DNA of 64,000 nt, taken from contig JAZTZD010000077.1 in the NCBI GenBank assembly GCA_045637305.1, positions 1,999 through 65,998 of the forward strand, in the 5' to 3' direction. A program made the translations under genes and the position numbers. Below, piece after piece: positions 46,896 to 57,745 of this stretch (its first letter is position 1; every line of letters begins with the position of its first letter). The stretch comes from Acutalibacteraceae bacterium (GTDB lineage Bacteria; Bacillota; Clostridia; Oscillospirales; Acutalibacteraceae). The notes under the pieces were generated by a model, which was not told where the DNA came from, ran no database searches, and worked only from the letters and a program-made list of their open reading frames with translations.

Positions 46896-49800
46896 TTAAC
46901 TCCAATCAAATAAACTGAGCTGTGTTGTCTTCGGCAGAGCTTCAAGAGCGCCGCCTTCTTCAAGAGCAGTTATGATTGATTTTGAAACGCCCGAACGAAG
47001 CTGTAAATCCTCAACAGAAAGGAAATCTCCGTTGCCGTCGTTTCTTGCGTCTTCAAGTCCCTGAGCCGCCGCACCGCCGCAACCTGCAATTGCAGAGAAG
47101 GGCAGACGAATTTTTCCGTCCTCGATTACATAGCGGTTGGCAGTTGACTTGTAAATATCTATCGGAAGCACTTCAACGCCTCTTGCCATCATTTCGTTGA
47201 TAACCTGAAGCGAGGTGTAAGTGCCTTCTTCCTTGGCGGTCGCGGTTTTCATTGCCATTTTCTTCTTGATTTCTTCCATTTTGGCCTTTACCGCGCCTCT
47301 TCCCTTAAGTACGGAAGCGGTATCGATATCTTCGCCACGCACCGTCATAAATGTTGCGTAATATTCAACGGGTTTATAGAGTTTGAACCAAGCAAGACGC
47401 ATTGCCGCACTTACGTAAGCCGCCGCATGAGCTTTGGGGAACATATATTTTATCTTCATGCACGAATCGAGATACCACTGCGGAACACCGTGGTCAAGCA
47501 TTTCTTTTTTATGCTCATCGGTAAGAAGGCTTGTTGCCTTACCCTTTCTTACGATTTCCATAATTTTGAATGCCATACCCTTTTCAACGCCCTTGTTGAT
47601 AAGGTAAACCATAATGTTATCACGGGTTCCGATAACTTCGGAAATTGTGCAGGTGCCGTTTTTGATAAGGTCCTGCGCATTGCCTATCCATACGTCCGTA
47701 CCGTGGGAAAGTCCCGAAATCTGAAGCATATCCGAGAAATTCTTGGGCTGGGATTCAATAAGCATCTGACGCACGAAATTCGTTCCGAGTTCGGGAAGCG
47801 AAAGTGTTCCCGTTTCGCAGTCGATATCCTCTGCGGTAACTCCGAGAGGCTCGGGCGATGTCAGAAGCTCATAAAGCTTCGGGTCACAAACATCAACCTC
47901 CATAACGTCGATACCCGTCATATCCTTGAGGTGCTTATAAAGTGTGGGCACATCATGGCCGAGGTTATCGAGCTTGAGGATTGTGTCGTGAAGCGAATGG
48001 AAATCGAAGTGAGTTGTTCTGTGAACGGAATCAGCCGCATCTGCGGGATGCTGAATGGGAGTGAAATCCTCCGCATCCATATCGCCGGGCACAACAACCA
48101 TTCCGCCCGGATGCTGACCCGTTGTTCTCTTTACACCGACGCAGCCCTGAACAAGTCTGTCCATTTCTGCTCTTGAAGCATCGATACCCTTTTCTTCAAC
48201 CCATTTTTTAACAAAGCCGAATGCGGTTTTATCAGCAAGCGTGCCGATTGTACCCGCCTTGAAAACGTGTGACTTTCCGAAAAGCTCTTCGGTATATCTG
48301 TGGGCGTAGAACTGATATTCACCCGAGAAGTTAAGGTCGATATCAGGCTGTTTGTCGCCGTAGAAACCGAGGAATGTTTCGAACGGGATATCGTGACCGT
48401 CTCGATGCATATCCTTGCCGCAAACGGGACAGGACTTGGGTGGCATATCATAACCCGAACCGTATTCACCCTTATAGAAAAACTCACTGTGTTTACATTC
48501 TTCGCAGATATAGTGAGGAACAAGCGGATTAACCTCGGAAATACCCGCTGCAAAAGCAACGAATGACGAGCCAACCGAACCTCTCGAGCCAACATAATAG
48601 CCGTTATCCATTGAGTTCCAAACAAGCTTCTGCGCAATGATATAAAGAACGGCGAATCCGTTTTTGATGATTGACTCAAGCTCTTTGTCAAGTCTTTCCC
48701 TGATGTATTCGGGAAGCGGCGAGCCGTAATAGGCTTCCATTCTGTCGTAACAGATTTTACGCAGCTCTTCATCCGAACCGGGAATTTTAGGCGGATATGT
48801 GCCTTTGGGAATGGGAAGAATCTCTTCGCACATATCAGCAATCATATTCGGATTTTTAACAACAACCTCATATGCCGTGTCTTCGCCCAGATAAGCAAAA
48901 TCCGCAAGCATTTCATCGGTTGTTTTAAGATAAAGCGGAGCCTGTTCAGCGGCATCGCTGAAGCCCTGACCCGTCATAAGAATTTCTCTGAAAACCTTGT
49001 CATCCTCGTCCATAAAATGAACGTCACCCGTTGCCGCAACGGGAAGACCGAGGTCATCGGCAAGATGGATAAGCTGACGGTTAACCTCGTTAAGCTCTTC
49101 TTCCGAAGAAACGAGCCCGTTTCTTATCATAAACTGATTGTTGCCGTTAGGCTGGATTTCTATATAGTCATAAATACTTGCAAGCTCTTTGAGTTTCTTA
49201 TATGGCTTGCCCGCAAACACCGCCTGATAAAGCTGACCCGCTTCGCAGGCACTGCCGACAATGAGTCCTTCTCTGTGGGCAAGAAGCTCACTTTTCGGAA
49301 CTCTCGGATGGCGGTAAAAGTATTCAAGATTTGACTTTGTGATAAGCTGATAAAGATGCTTGAGACCCACATTGTTCTTCGCAAGAATAATCATATGATG
49401 AGTCGGAAGCTTTCTGGGGTCAGGCTTGAGAATGTCATTCATCTGAGAAACATTATCAATGCCCTTTTCTCTTGCAAGTTCAACAAGCTTTTCAAAAATG
49501 CGTGCCAGCGCGCCCGCATCCTCATCTGCCCTGTGATGGTCAAATTTCGGAAGCTTGAAATAATTTGAAATAGTGTCAAGCTTATAATTCTTTATGCCTT
49601 CAACAAGGCACTGCGCCATAATAAGCGTATCAATATGTGAATAATTATAGTCAATTCCGCTTCTCTGACAGGTTGATTTGAGAACATCGGTATCGAATGT
49701 TGCGTTATGAGCAACAAGCACCGCATCCTCGCCGCAGAATTCAAAGAATTTTCTGATTGCTTCGTCTTCCTTGGGCGCGCCTGCTACCATACGGTTATCA

Positions 49801-51185
49801 ATGCCCGTAAGCTCAACAATTTTCTGCGGAATATTTCTTTCGGGATTTACAAACGTCTGGAATCTGCCTCTTTCGGCACCGTCAACATACTTAACCGCAC
49901 CGATTTCCGTCAGGCGGTCAACACCCGTGCGAAGTCCCGTTGTTTCAACGTCAAAAACAATAAACGTACCGTTCAGGGGCATATCGGTCTTGCCGCTGAA
50001 AACTGTTACGGAGTCGTCAACATAATACGCCTCCATACCGTAGATTACTTTGATACCGTTATCCTTTGCGGCTGCGGCGGCTTCGGGAAAAGCCTGAACA
50101 ACGCCGTGGTCGGTGATTGCAATTGCCTTGTGTCCCCATTTTGCGGCACGTTTCACAAGCTTCTTTGCACTTGTCATACCGTCCATTGCAGACATATTGG
50201 TATGAAGATGAAGCTCAACGCGTTTTTCTTCCGCTGTATCTTTTTTCTCGATGACATCAATGAGCATAACGGAATTTGCCTTAATACATACGCTCTTGAT
50301 GTAGTCGTCATATTCAACGTGGCCTCTTATCATAACTGTTTTGCCGTCGGCAATATTCTTGACAAGCGCCTCGCTGTTTGCGGCAGCCTCAAAGATCTTG
50401 ACTGCATAAGAATTTGTCTTATCGGTTATGTTGAAGTTGATGATTTTCCATTTGCCGTCCTTGGTGTCACGAAGGTCAAGACCAAAAATCGTTCCCCAAA
50501 CGGTAACGTTTCCGTCTTCGATTGAAATTCCGCTGAGTGCAACAGGCTTTGATTTGATTGCATTGCCGTAAAGCACCTTTGCATTTGTGAGCGAAATCGG
50601 CAAATCATCATATTCCTTGACAGCCTTTTTGGGCTTTGGTGCCTCTTCTTTGGGCACTTCAATCTTAAGGTTGTCCGCCTGCATCTGAATGTATTCGGGC
50701 GAATCGATTTTAACCTCATTTTCGCCGCTTACGGTAACGGTCACATTGAGTGAAAATCTCTCATTAATAAATGATGAAAGAATTTTTTCCGCATCTGACT
50801 CTTTAAGAATTGATGCACCGTCAAAAACCTTTATTTCAAGCGAATCCGCGCCGAATGTGAATTCGGAATTCTCAAGAAAACCGTTTGCCGCCGCAATATT
50901 CTCTTTCAATGCTCTGACAAGAAAATCCCTGCACTTTTCCTTAAAGGCAGAAGCGGGATAATATGCATTTATCGTAACTTTTCCGAGACCCAGCGCGTCC
51001 TTGACCGCCGACTGCGCCTCAAGAATGAATCTGTCTTCTATATATGAATCGAATTTCGCCGATATTTCAAGCTTATTTTCATTTTCATTAAGTTCTATAT
51101 TTATAACTTTACCGTTGCCGAGAATTTCGCAGAGAGTGTCATTCAGACAGCCGCCGATAAAGTCAAGAATTGAATTGTTCTGCAT
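46896..51185 (-). CDS. polC: DNA polymerase III PolC
   Basis: VELHLHT.MS.MDG (PHP), FDVETTG (exonuclease), VGSRGSVGSS, PDIDLNFS, KYMFPKAHA. Confidence 0.98.
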   Translation of the reverse strand: MQNNSILDFIGGCLNDTLCEILGNGKVINIELNENENKLEISAKFDSYIEDRFILEAQSAVKDALGLGKVTINAYYPASAFKEKCRDFLVRALKENIAAANGFLENSEFTFGADSLEIKVFDGASILKESDAEKILSSFINERFSLNVTVTVSGENEVKIDSPEYIQMQADNLKIEVPKEEAPKPKKAVKEYDDLPISLTNAKVLYGNAIKSKPVALSGISIEDGNVTVWGTIFGLDLRDTKDGKWKIINFNITDKTNSYAVKIFEAAANSEALVKNIADGKTVMIRGHVEYDDYIKSVCIKANSVMLIDVIEKKDTAEEKRVELHLHTNMSAMDGMTSAKKLVKRAAKWGHKAIAITDHGVVQAFPEAAAAAKDNGIKVIYGMEAYYVDDSVTVFSGKTDMPLNGTFIVFDVETTGLRTGVDRLTEIGAVKYVDGAERGRFQTFVNPERNIPQKIVELTGIDNRMVAGAPKEDEAIRKFFEFCGEDAVLVAHNATFDTDVLKSTCQRSGIDYNYSHIDTLIMAQCLVEGIKNYKLDTISNYFKLPKFDHHRADEDAGALARIFEKLVELAREKGIDNVSQMNDILKPDPRKLPTHHMIILAKNNVGLKHLYQLITKSNLEYFYRHPRVPKSELLAHREGLIVGSACEAGQLYQAVFAGKPYKKLKELASIYDYIEIQPNGNNQFMIRNGLVSSEEELNEVNRQLIHLADDLGLPVAATGDVHFMDEDDKVFREILMTGQGFSDAAEQAPLYLKTTDEMLADFAYLGEDTAYEVVVKNPNMIADMCEEILPIPKGTYPPKIPGSDEELRKICYDRMEAYYGSPLPEYIRERLDKELESIIKNGFAVLYIIAQKLVWNSMDNGYYVGSRGSVGSSFVAFAAGISEVNPLVPHYICEECKHSEFFYKGEYGSGYDMPPKSCPVCGKDMHRDGHDIPFETFLGFYGDKQPDIDLNFSGEYQFYAHRYTEELFGKSHVFKAGTIGTLADKTAFGFVKKWVEEKGIDASRAEMDRLVQGCVGVKRTTGQHPGGMVVVPGDMDAEDFTPIQHPADAADSVHRTTHFDFHSLHDTILKLDNLGHDVPTLYKHLKDMTGIDVMEVDVCDPKLYELLTSPEPLGVTAEDIDCETGTLSLPELGTNFVRQMLIESQPKNFSDMLQISGLSHGTDVWIGNAQDLIKNGTCTISEVIGTRDNIMVYLINKGVEKGMAFKIMEIVRKGKATSLLTDEHKKEMLDHGVPQWYLDSCMKIKYMFPKAHAAAYVSAAMRLAWFKLYKPVEYYATFMTVRGEDIDTASVLKGRGAVKAKMEEIKKKMAMKTATAKEEGTYTSLQVINEMMARGVEVLPIDIYKSTANRYVIEDGKIRLPFSAIAGCGGAAAQGLEDARNDGNGDFLSVEDLQLRSGVSKSIITALEEGGALEALPKTTQLSLFDWS

Positions 51186-51227
51186 TTTCTGCTCCTTGTT
51201 TTAAAAAGGGCAGATAACTGCCCCTTA

Positions 51228-52286
51228 TTACAGATTATTTATTTCCGACATCAGTCTGTCAACCGCCTCGCATTCGGGCACCTTGCAGACTATTTCTCCT
51301 TTTTTGAATATAAGTGCACAGCCGTCTCCGCCCGCAATGCCTATATCCGCTTCTCTTGCTTCACCGGGACCGTTGACCGCACAGCCCATAACGGCAACTT
51401 TAATCGGTTTGTTGCAGCCTCTGAGTCTGTTTTCAACTTCGGTTGCAAGAGAAATGAGGTCAATTTTTGTTCTGCCGCAGGTCGGGCAGGCAACAAGGTC
51501 GGGACAGTCTGTTTTAAGTCCCGCCGCTTTAAGAATATCAAACCCCGCATCAACCTCTTTTACGGGGTCATCAGTCATTGAAACTCTGATTGTGTCACCG
51601 ATTCCTCTCATAAGAAGAGAACCGATTCCGATTGACGATTTTATGAGCGCCATATTATGCGTTCCCGCCTCGGTAACTCCGAGATGAAGCGGATAATCGC
51701 ATTTTTCAGCAATAAGCTCATACGCCTTAAGCATAGTTGCAACATTTGAAGATTTGATTGAAATAACGATATCGTTAAAATCAAACTTTTCAAGAAGCGA
51801 TGCGTGATGAAGTGCGCTTTCAACGAGTGCTTCTGCAGTCGGTGCGCCGTGTTTTGCAAGAATTTCTTTTTCGAGCGAACCCGAATTAACACCGATTCTG
51901 ATGGGCACTCTCTTAAGCAGGCACGCATTTGCAACCTCTCTGACTCTTTCGCCCGAGCCGATATTTCCGGGATTTATGCGGATTTTATCAACTCCCGCAT
52001 CAAGACTTCCGAGTGCAAGACGGTAATCAAAATGGATATCCGCAACAACAGGAACGCTCACATTTCCTTTGAGCTTTTCAATAAGCTTTACCGCCTCTTT
52101 GTCGGGCACAGCCGCTCTGATTATTTCACAGCCCGCCTTTTCAAGCTCAATTGCCTGCGCAACACTTGCCTGAATGTCCGAAGCGGGTTTGTTGAGCATT
52201 GACTGAACGGAAATCTTTGAATCTCCGCCTATATAAATATTGCCGACCTTAATTTTTCTGCTGATGCGTCTTTCCAAAATGTTCAC
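51228..52286 (-). CDS. ispG: HMBPP synthase
   Basis: VADIHFDY, RINPGNIG, HLGVTEAG, CPTCGR, MGCAVNGPGE. Confidence 0.97.
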   Translation of the reverse strand: MNILERRISRKIKVGNIYIGGDSKISVQSMLNKPASDIQASVAQAIELEKAGCEIIRAAVPDKEAVKLIEKLKGNVSVPVVADIHFDYRLALGSLDAGVDKIRINPGNIGSGERVREVANACLLKRVPIRIGVNSGSLEKEILAKHGAPTAEALVESALHHASLLEKFDFNDIVISIKSSNVATMLKAYELIAEKCDYPLHLGVTEAGTHNMALIKSSIGIGSLLMRGIGDTIRVSMTDDPVKEVDAGFDILKAAGLKTDCPDLVACPTCGRTKIDLISLATEVENRLRGCNKPIKVAVMGCAVNGPGEAREADIGIAGGDGCALIFKKGEIVCKVPECEAVDRLMSEINNL

Positions 52287-52290
52287 CTGC

Positions 52291-53385
52291 CTATTTTCTG
52301 ATAAGATTCATAATGTCGCTGAATGATATCACAACCATCAGCAACAGCAACAGAACAAGACCCGTTGCGTGAACCCAGCCCTCATATTTCTTGGGCACGG
52401 GTTTTCTGAAGATGAGTTCAATAAAGATAAAGAATATTCTGCCGCCGTCAAGTGCGGGGAACGGCAGAAGATTGAACATACCGATATTGATGGTGATGAG
52501 AGCCATCATCATAAGCAGATATGTGTAATCTGTCTGCTGGGTTGCCGCCTGCGCGGCATCGGCAATATAAGAAACCGTTCCTATCGGTCCCGAAAGCTCG
52601 CTGAGTCCGTACTGACCCGTTATCAGATCCAAAAGGCTGACCCAGACAACTCTGCCGATTGATACAGATTCGGCAAATGCCGCAGGAACAACGGTTCTGA
52701 ACGAAGGCTCAACGCCCCTGATAATGAAATCATAGACAATTATCAGCGTTTCTTTTCCGTTGACATCCTTTTTCACAGTTTCAAACTTAACGGCGTTCAG
52801 ATTCACCTTTTCGCCGTTTCTTTCAACAACAAAATCAATCAAGCCGTCCTTGTCTCTCGCCATAAGAAATCCGAGGTCATATTCGGAAAAAACTTTCTTG
52901 CCGTTGATTTCTTTTATAACGTCGCCAACCTGCAGACCGTACTGCGAACTGACGGCATTCTCTTCAAACGAATGAATTTCCGTCAGACCGATAAGATCAG
53001 ACTGACAAAGCATAATTGCAACAATAATGACACCGAGAATGAGATTGACCGTTCCGCCCGCCGCAGTAATAATCAGTCTCTGCCACGCGGGCTTGTTGCA
53101 GAAAGCGCGGTCATTGTCGCTGCTGTCATCCTCTCCCTCCATACTGACAAAGCCGCCGATGGGGAAAAGTCGGATTGCATATTTGGTTTCGCCTTTTGTA
53201 AATTTTAAAAGAGTGGGGCCCATTCCCATTGCAAACTCGTTGACCTTAACCTTAAAAAGCTTTGCAAAGGTAAAATGTCCGAGCTCATGGAAAAATACAA
53301 TCAAGCCGAAGAAAAGCACAGCTATAAGAATCGGCCACACCTTTCCCCAGACCTGAGCCGCACTGATAAGGGGTAAAATTTTCAT
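52291..53385 (-). CDS. rseP: RIP metalloprotease RseP (M50, PDZ)
   Basis: HELGH, GGFVSMEGE, NLLPFPALDGG. Confidence 0.93.
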   Translation of the reverse strand: MKILPLISAAQVWGKVWPILIAVLFFGLIVFFHELGHFTFAKLFKVKVNEFAMGMGPTLLKFTKGETKYAIRLFPIGGFVSMEGEDDSSDNDRAFCNKPAWQRLIITAAGGTVNLILGVIIVAIMLCQSDLIGLTEIHSFEENAVSSQYGLQVGDVIKEINGKKVFSEYDLGFLMARDKDGLIDFVVERNGEKVNLNAVKFETVKKDVNGKETLIIVYDFIIRGVEPSFRTVVPAAFAESVSIGRVVWVSLLDLITGQYGLSELSGPIGTVSYIADAAQAATQQTDYTYLLMMMALITINIGMFNLLPFPALDGGRIFFIFIELIFRKPVPKKYEGWVHATGLVLLLLLMVVISFSDIMNLIRK

Positions 53386-54527
53386 ATAAACAGCCTCTCT
53401 GTCTGCTCACGCATCAAAATATCGGTTTCAAACACTTCAGAAAGAGTAAACTCTTCTTTTTCGGGTGCGTTTTCAAGTGCCGTCTCAACTGCTTTGGCAA
53501 TATCAAGAAAACCGATTTTTCCGTTTCTGAAAAGCTCATTTGCCTTTTCATTTGCCGCGTTCACAGCCGCGGGATAAAGACCGCCTTTTTCAAAAGCCTT
53601 TCTGCACAAGTTTATGCAAGCAAAGGTTTCATAGTCGGGCTTTTCAAAAGTAAGTGTCGCCGCCTGAGCAAGGTCAAGCTGTTTAACGGGACTTTCGAAT
53701 CTGTCGGGATAAGTCAGTGCATACTGAATCGGAATTCTCATATCGGGAACACCGAGCTGAGCAATGACCGAATTATCAACGAACTCAACCAATGAATGAA
53801 CAATGCTCTGACGGTGGACAAGAATATCAATATTCTTTGCTTCAACGCCGAAAAGCCATGCCGCCTCAATAAGTTCAAGGCCCTTGTTCATCATTGTAGC
53901 AGAGTCGATGGTTATTTTTGCACCCATACTCCAGTTTGGATGCTTCAGAGCCTGTTCAACGGTAACTTTTTCGAGTTCTTCTCTTGTTTTTCCGAAAAAC
54001 GGGCCGCCCGAAGCCGTCAGTATGAGTCTTTTAATCTGTTTTTTGTCCGTGCAGCCCTGCATCGACTGGAATATAGCCGAATGCTCGCTGTCTACAGGAA
54101 GAATTGAAACACCCTTGTTTTCTGCCGCTTCAAGCACAAGCTTTCCGCCCGCGACAAGGGTTTCTTTGTTTGCAAGCGCAATATTACTGCCTGCATTTAT
54201 AGCCGCAAGAGTCGGTGCAAGACCCGCAATGCCCACAATGCTGTTAAGCACTGTGTCTGCTCCGCAGGCGGCACACTCCTCAACACCCGATTTACCCGAA
54301 AGCACCTTTGTTCCGGTATCGGCAACCCTGATTTTCAAATCCGCCGCAGCCTTTTCATCGGCAACAGCAACCGTTTCGGGAGAAAACTTTCTTATCTGCT
54401 CCTCAATGATATCAACTCTTGAATTTGCAGTCAGCGTCTTTACTTTAAAACCCGAAAGCTCTGCAACCTCAAGCGCCTGAACACCGATTGAGCCTGTTGA
54501 ACCGAGAACGGCAAGGGTCTGTGTCAT
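53382..54527 (-). CDS. dxr: 1-deoxy-D-xylulose 5-phosphate reductoisomerase
   Basis: LGSTGSIG, LANKE, PVDSEH, TASGGPF, HPNWSMG, NKGLE. Confidence 0.98.
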   Translation of the reverse strand: MTQTLAVLGSTGSIGVQALEVAELSGFKVKTLTANSRVDIIEEQIRKFSPETVAVADEKAAADLKIRVADTGTKVLSGKSGVEECAACGADTVLNSIVGIAGLAPTLAAINAGSNIALANKETLVAGGKLVLEAAENKGVSILPVDSEHSAIFQSMQGCTDKKQIKRLILTASGGPFFGKTREELEKVTVEQALKHPNWSMGAKITIDSATMMNKGLELIEAAWLFGVEAKNIDILVHRQSIVHSLVEFVDNSVIAQLGVPDMRIPIQYALTYPDRFESPVKQLDLAQAATLTFEKPDYETFACINLCRKAFEKGGLYPAAVNAANEKANELFRNGKIGFLDIAKAVETALENAPEKEEFTLSEVFETDILMREQTERLFI

Positions 54528-54541
54528 GGTAAAACTCCTTT

Positions 54542-55408
54542 TTATTTAGAAATAAGCAGAAAAACTTCAACGAAAATATAAAGTGCGGGCATAGTGAAAA
54601 GAAAGCTGTCTATTCTGTCAAGCACTCCGCCGTGACCGGGGAAAAGAGTTCCGAAATCCTTTTCGCCGTAGTTTCTTTTGATAACCGAAGCTGAAAGGTC
54701 GCCGAGCATTCCGAGAATACCCATAACCACCATGCCGATAATAACCGCGAAAACACTCAGTGTGTCTATTCGGAAGAAGAAGTGGTCACAGATAAAATAA
54801 GCAATAACCGCAACAATAACAGGACCTATGATACCGCCGATTGCACCCTCAACGGTTTTCTTGGGGCTGATTTTCGGCGCAAGCTTTCTCTTTCCGAGCT
54901 TACTGCCTACAAAATAAGCAAACGTGTCACAAAGCCACGCGGCAAACATTCCGCAAAGAAGCAGGAACACGATGTGCGAACGCTGGAAAACGTCAGGGTT
55001 TTCATCGCCGAGTTTGATCACACGGAATACGCAGGAAATTGATGAAGGAACCACAAGTGATGAAACCAACGCAAATGTGACGTGCTCAAACTTTGTTTTA
55101 TCGTACCATTTAAGCATTATTGTAAGCATTGCCATAACATATACAATAAGCCAAACCGCGGTGGGTACAGGAAACTTTTCTCCGACATCAAATGCAATAT
55201 ACGGTCCCACAAGAGCCGTAAAAACCATTGCACAGCCCGTCAGCACCTTATTACGGCATTTCGTTACTCTCATAACCTCATAAACTGCAATTGCCGAAAA
55301 AACAGAAACAATGGGACTCAGATAGCTTGAATATCCCATACCGATTGCAACAAGAATACCGATTGCAAACAAAGCGGCAAATACGCCTGTTATAATACGT
55401 GTTTTCAT
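54542..55408 (-). CDS. cdsA: Phosphatidate cytidylyltransferase
   Basis: DTFAYFVG, SPKKTVEG, GDL..S.IKR, PGHGGVLDRIDS. Confidence 0.95.
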   Translation of the reverse strand: MKTRIITGVFAALFAIGILVAIGMGYSSYLSPIVSVFSAIAVYEVMRVTKCRNKVLTGCAMVFTALVGPYIAFDVGEKFPVPTAVWLIVYVMAMLTIMLKWYDKTKFEHVTFALVSSLVVPSSISCVFRVIKLGDENPDVFQRSHIVFLLLCGMFAAWLCDTFAYFVGSKLGKRKLAPKISPKKTVEGAIGGIIGPVIVAVIAYFICDHFFFRIDTLSVFAVIIGMVVMGILGMLGDLSASVIKRNYGEKDFGTLFPGHGGVLDRIDSFLFTMPALYIFVEVFLLISK

Positions 55409-55427
55409 TTCATCACACTCCTTTGAA

Positions 55428-56159
55428 TCAAACTCCGCCGAAACGTCTGTTTCGTTTGCAGTAATCTATAATTGCCTTATCAAGGTCATCGGTTGTAAAA
55501 TCAGGCCACAGAATATCTGAGAACCAGAACTCTGAATACGCCGCCTGCCAGATAAGGAAATTGGAAAGACGGTATTCGCCGCTGGGTCTGATTATAAGGT
55601 CAGGGTCGGGCAGACCCGCAGTGAATAAATTATCGTCTATATTTTTCAAATCTATATCTTCAGCTTTAAGCTCACCTGCTTCAACCTGCTTTGCAAGCGT
55701 CTTGACTGCATGAAGAATTTCGTTTCTTCCGCCGTAGTTAACGGCAAGATTTACAACTGTTGAGCTTTTATCTGCCGAGTTTTTCTCAAGTGAATCAATC
55801 AGTCTTATAATATCCTCGGGAAGGCCTTCTCTTTCACCTATATAACGGATTCTGAAGCCTTTAAGCTCGTTTTCATCTTCTCTTTCGTGTGCTTCGTTAA
55901 GATAATCGCGGAAAAGATTCATTATTGCCGCAACTTCCTGTTGGGGACGCTTCCAGTTTTCAGTTGAGAAAGCATAGAATGTCACACATTCTATTCCTAT
56001 TTCAGCGGCATAGTCACAGATTGTGCGGAAGGTGTTTGCGCCCGCCTTATGTCCCTCACTTCTTTCGAGACCTCTCTGTTTTGCCCAGCGTCCGTTGCCG
56101 TCCATAATTATTCCTATGTGGCGCGGCAAGACAATATTATCAAGTATTTCCTTCGTCAT
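55428..56159 (-). CDS. uppS: Undecaprenyl diphosphate synthase
   Basis: HIGIIMDGNGRWA, FSTENWKRP, NYGGR, RPSGEYRLSNF; start at ATG 56159. Confidence 0.96.
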   Translation of the reverse strand: MTKEILDNIVLPRHIGIIMDGNGRWAKQRGLERSEGHKAGANTFRTICDYAAEIGIECVTFYAFSTENWKRPQQEVAAIMNLFRDYLNEAHEREDENELKGFRIRYIGEREGLPEDIIRLIDSLEKNSADKSSTVVNLAVNYGGRNEILHAVKTLAKQVEAGELKAEDIDLKNIDDNLFTAGLPDPDLIIRPSGEYRLSNFLIWQAAYSEFWFSDILWPDFTTDDLDKAIIDYCKRNRRFGGV

Positions 56160-56220
56160 ATCTTTACTCCTATGCAAGCAGAAGGCGGAAAACCCGCCCT
56201 CTGCCTGAATTATACTATGG

Positions 56221-56775
56221 TCAGATTTCCATAATATCCTTTTCTTTTGCTTCTGCTGCCTTATCGATTTCCTTGATGAACTTGTCGGTAAGGTCCTGAA
56301 TTTTCTTTTCTGCAGTCTTAAGGTCATCTTCTGTGATTTCAGAATCCTTCTGCATCTTCTTTGCCTTATCAATACCGTCTCTTCTGATTGAACGGATTGC
56401 AATTCTCGAATCTTCAGCCATCTTCTTTACGTCTTTGCAGAGGTCTTTACGGCGCTCTTCTGTAAGCTGGGGAAATACAAGACGGATGATTCTGCCGTCA
56501 TTCTGGGGATTGATACCGATTTCAGATGCAAGAATTGCCTTCTCGATTGCCTGAAGAGTTGATGTGTCCCAGGGCTGAATTGTGAGAATTCTTGCTTCTG
56601 CAACCGAAACAGCTGCCATCTGGTTTACGGGAGTAGGTGTTCCGTAATAGTCAACTTTTACCTTGTCGAGAACAGCAGCATTTGCTCTGCCTGCCTTGAG
56701 TGCGCCGTATTCGCTGCCGAGAACACTTACGGTCTTGCCCATTTTTTCTTCGATTGTCTTAAATAATGTTTGCAT
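56221..56775 (-). CDS. frr: Ribosome recycling factor
   Basis: GRAN, VDYYG, IQPWD, PQLTEERRK. Confidence 0.97.
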   Translation of the reverse strand: MQTLFKTIEEKMGKTVSVLGSEYGALKAGRANAAVLDKVKVDYYGTPTPVNQMAAVSVAEARILTIQPWDTSTLQAIEKAILASEIGINPQNDGRIIRLVFPQLTEERRKDLCKDVKKMAEDSRIAIRSIRRDGIDKAKKMQKDSEITEDDLKTAEKKIQDLTDKFIKEIDKAAEAKEKDIMEI

Positions 56776-56779
56776 AGGT

Positions 56780-57490
56780 TTAACCCTCCTTAACTATTGT
56801 GCCTATGTTTTCGCCGAGAACCGCTCTTACAATATTCTGCGGGTCTTCAAGATTGAAAACAAGAATGGGAATATTATTGTCACGGCAAAGTGAAGCTGCC
56901 GTTGAATCCATAACCTTGAGGTTCTTTTCAAGCACCTCGCTGTGAGTTACAACATCATATTTGACCGCATCGTCAAACTTGTTGGGGTCTTTATCAAAAA
57001 CGCCGTCAACATTTGTTGCCTTGAGAATTATGTCTGCCTTGATTTCAGCCGCTCTGAGCGCCGCACAGGTATCTGTTGAGAAAAACGGATTGCCCGTACC
57101 GCTGCCGAAGATAACAACTCTGCCCTTTTCAAGATGACGGACAGCCTTGTTTCTGATGTAAGTTTCTGCAATCTGTCTCATTTCGATTGCGCTCTGAACT
57201 CTTACGGGAACTCCGTACTGCTCAAGAGTATCCGCAAGCGCAAGTGAATTCATAACGGTTGCAAGCATTCCGATATGGTCTGCACGGGTTCTGTCCATAT
57301 TACCGCCCGAACGTCCTCTCCAGAAGTTACCGCCGCCGACAACAAGACCGACCTCAACACCAAGCTTTGTTATTTCACTTACTGCCTCGCACACTGAATT
57401 GATTGTATCAAAATCAAAGCCGTGGCCCTTTTCTCCTGCGAGCACCTCGCCGCTGAGCTTGAGAAGTATGCGTTTATAAACCGGTTGCAT
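56780..57490 (-). CDS. pyrH: Uridylate kinase
   Basis: [31 protein letters not shown]; start at ATG 57490. Confidence 0.97.
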   Translation of the reverse strand: MQPVYKRILLKLSGEVLAGEKGHGFDFDTINSVCEAVSEITKLGVEVGLVVGGGNFWRGRSGGNMDRTRADHIGMLATVMNSLALADTLEQYGVPVRVQSAIEMRQIAETYIRNKAVRHLEKGRVVIFGSGTGNPFFSTDTCAALRAAEIKADIILKATNVDGVFDKDPNKFDDAVKYDVVTHSEVLEKNLKVMDSTAASLCRDNNIPILVFNLEDPQNIVRAVLGENIGTIVKEG

Positions 57491-57745
57491 AAATAACACC
57501 GCCTTTAAAATTTTTCGATTTGCACGCACTGACTCATATTAGTCTACCGTATATTTTACTTTATTTTTTTACAACTGTAAAGATTTATTTTATATTTTAA
57601 CGAATTTTTTCCGTCTTTTTATTTTCTGTATGTAAATTTTCTGTTATTTTTCTTTTCTGCTACATTATTCGTCAAAAACATCTTGCCTCGTTGACTTTTT
57701 TATTATATAATATTTTAGTATAATTTTATAACCGAGGTTTGTTTA

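Noticed and set aside
46896-51185. Intein or other insertion in PolC
   Set aside because: Length (1429 aa) and domain order are normal, and no intein splice motifs were seen.
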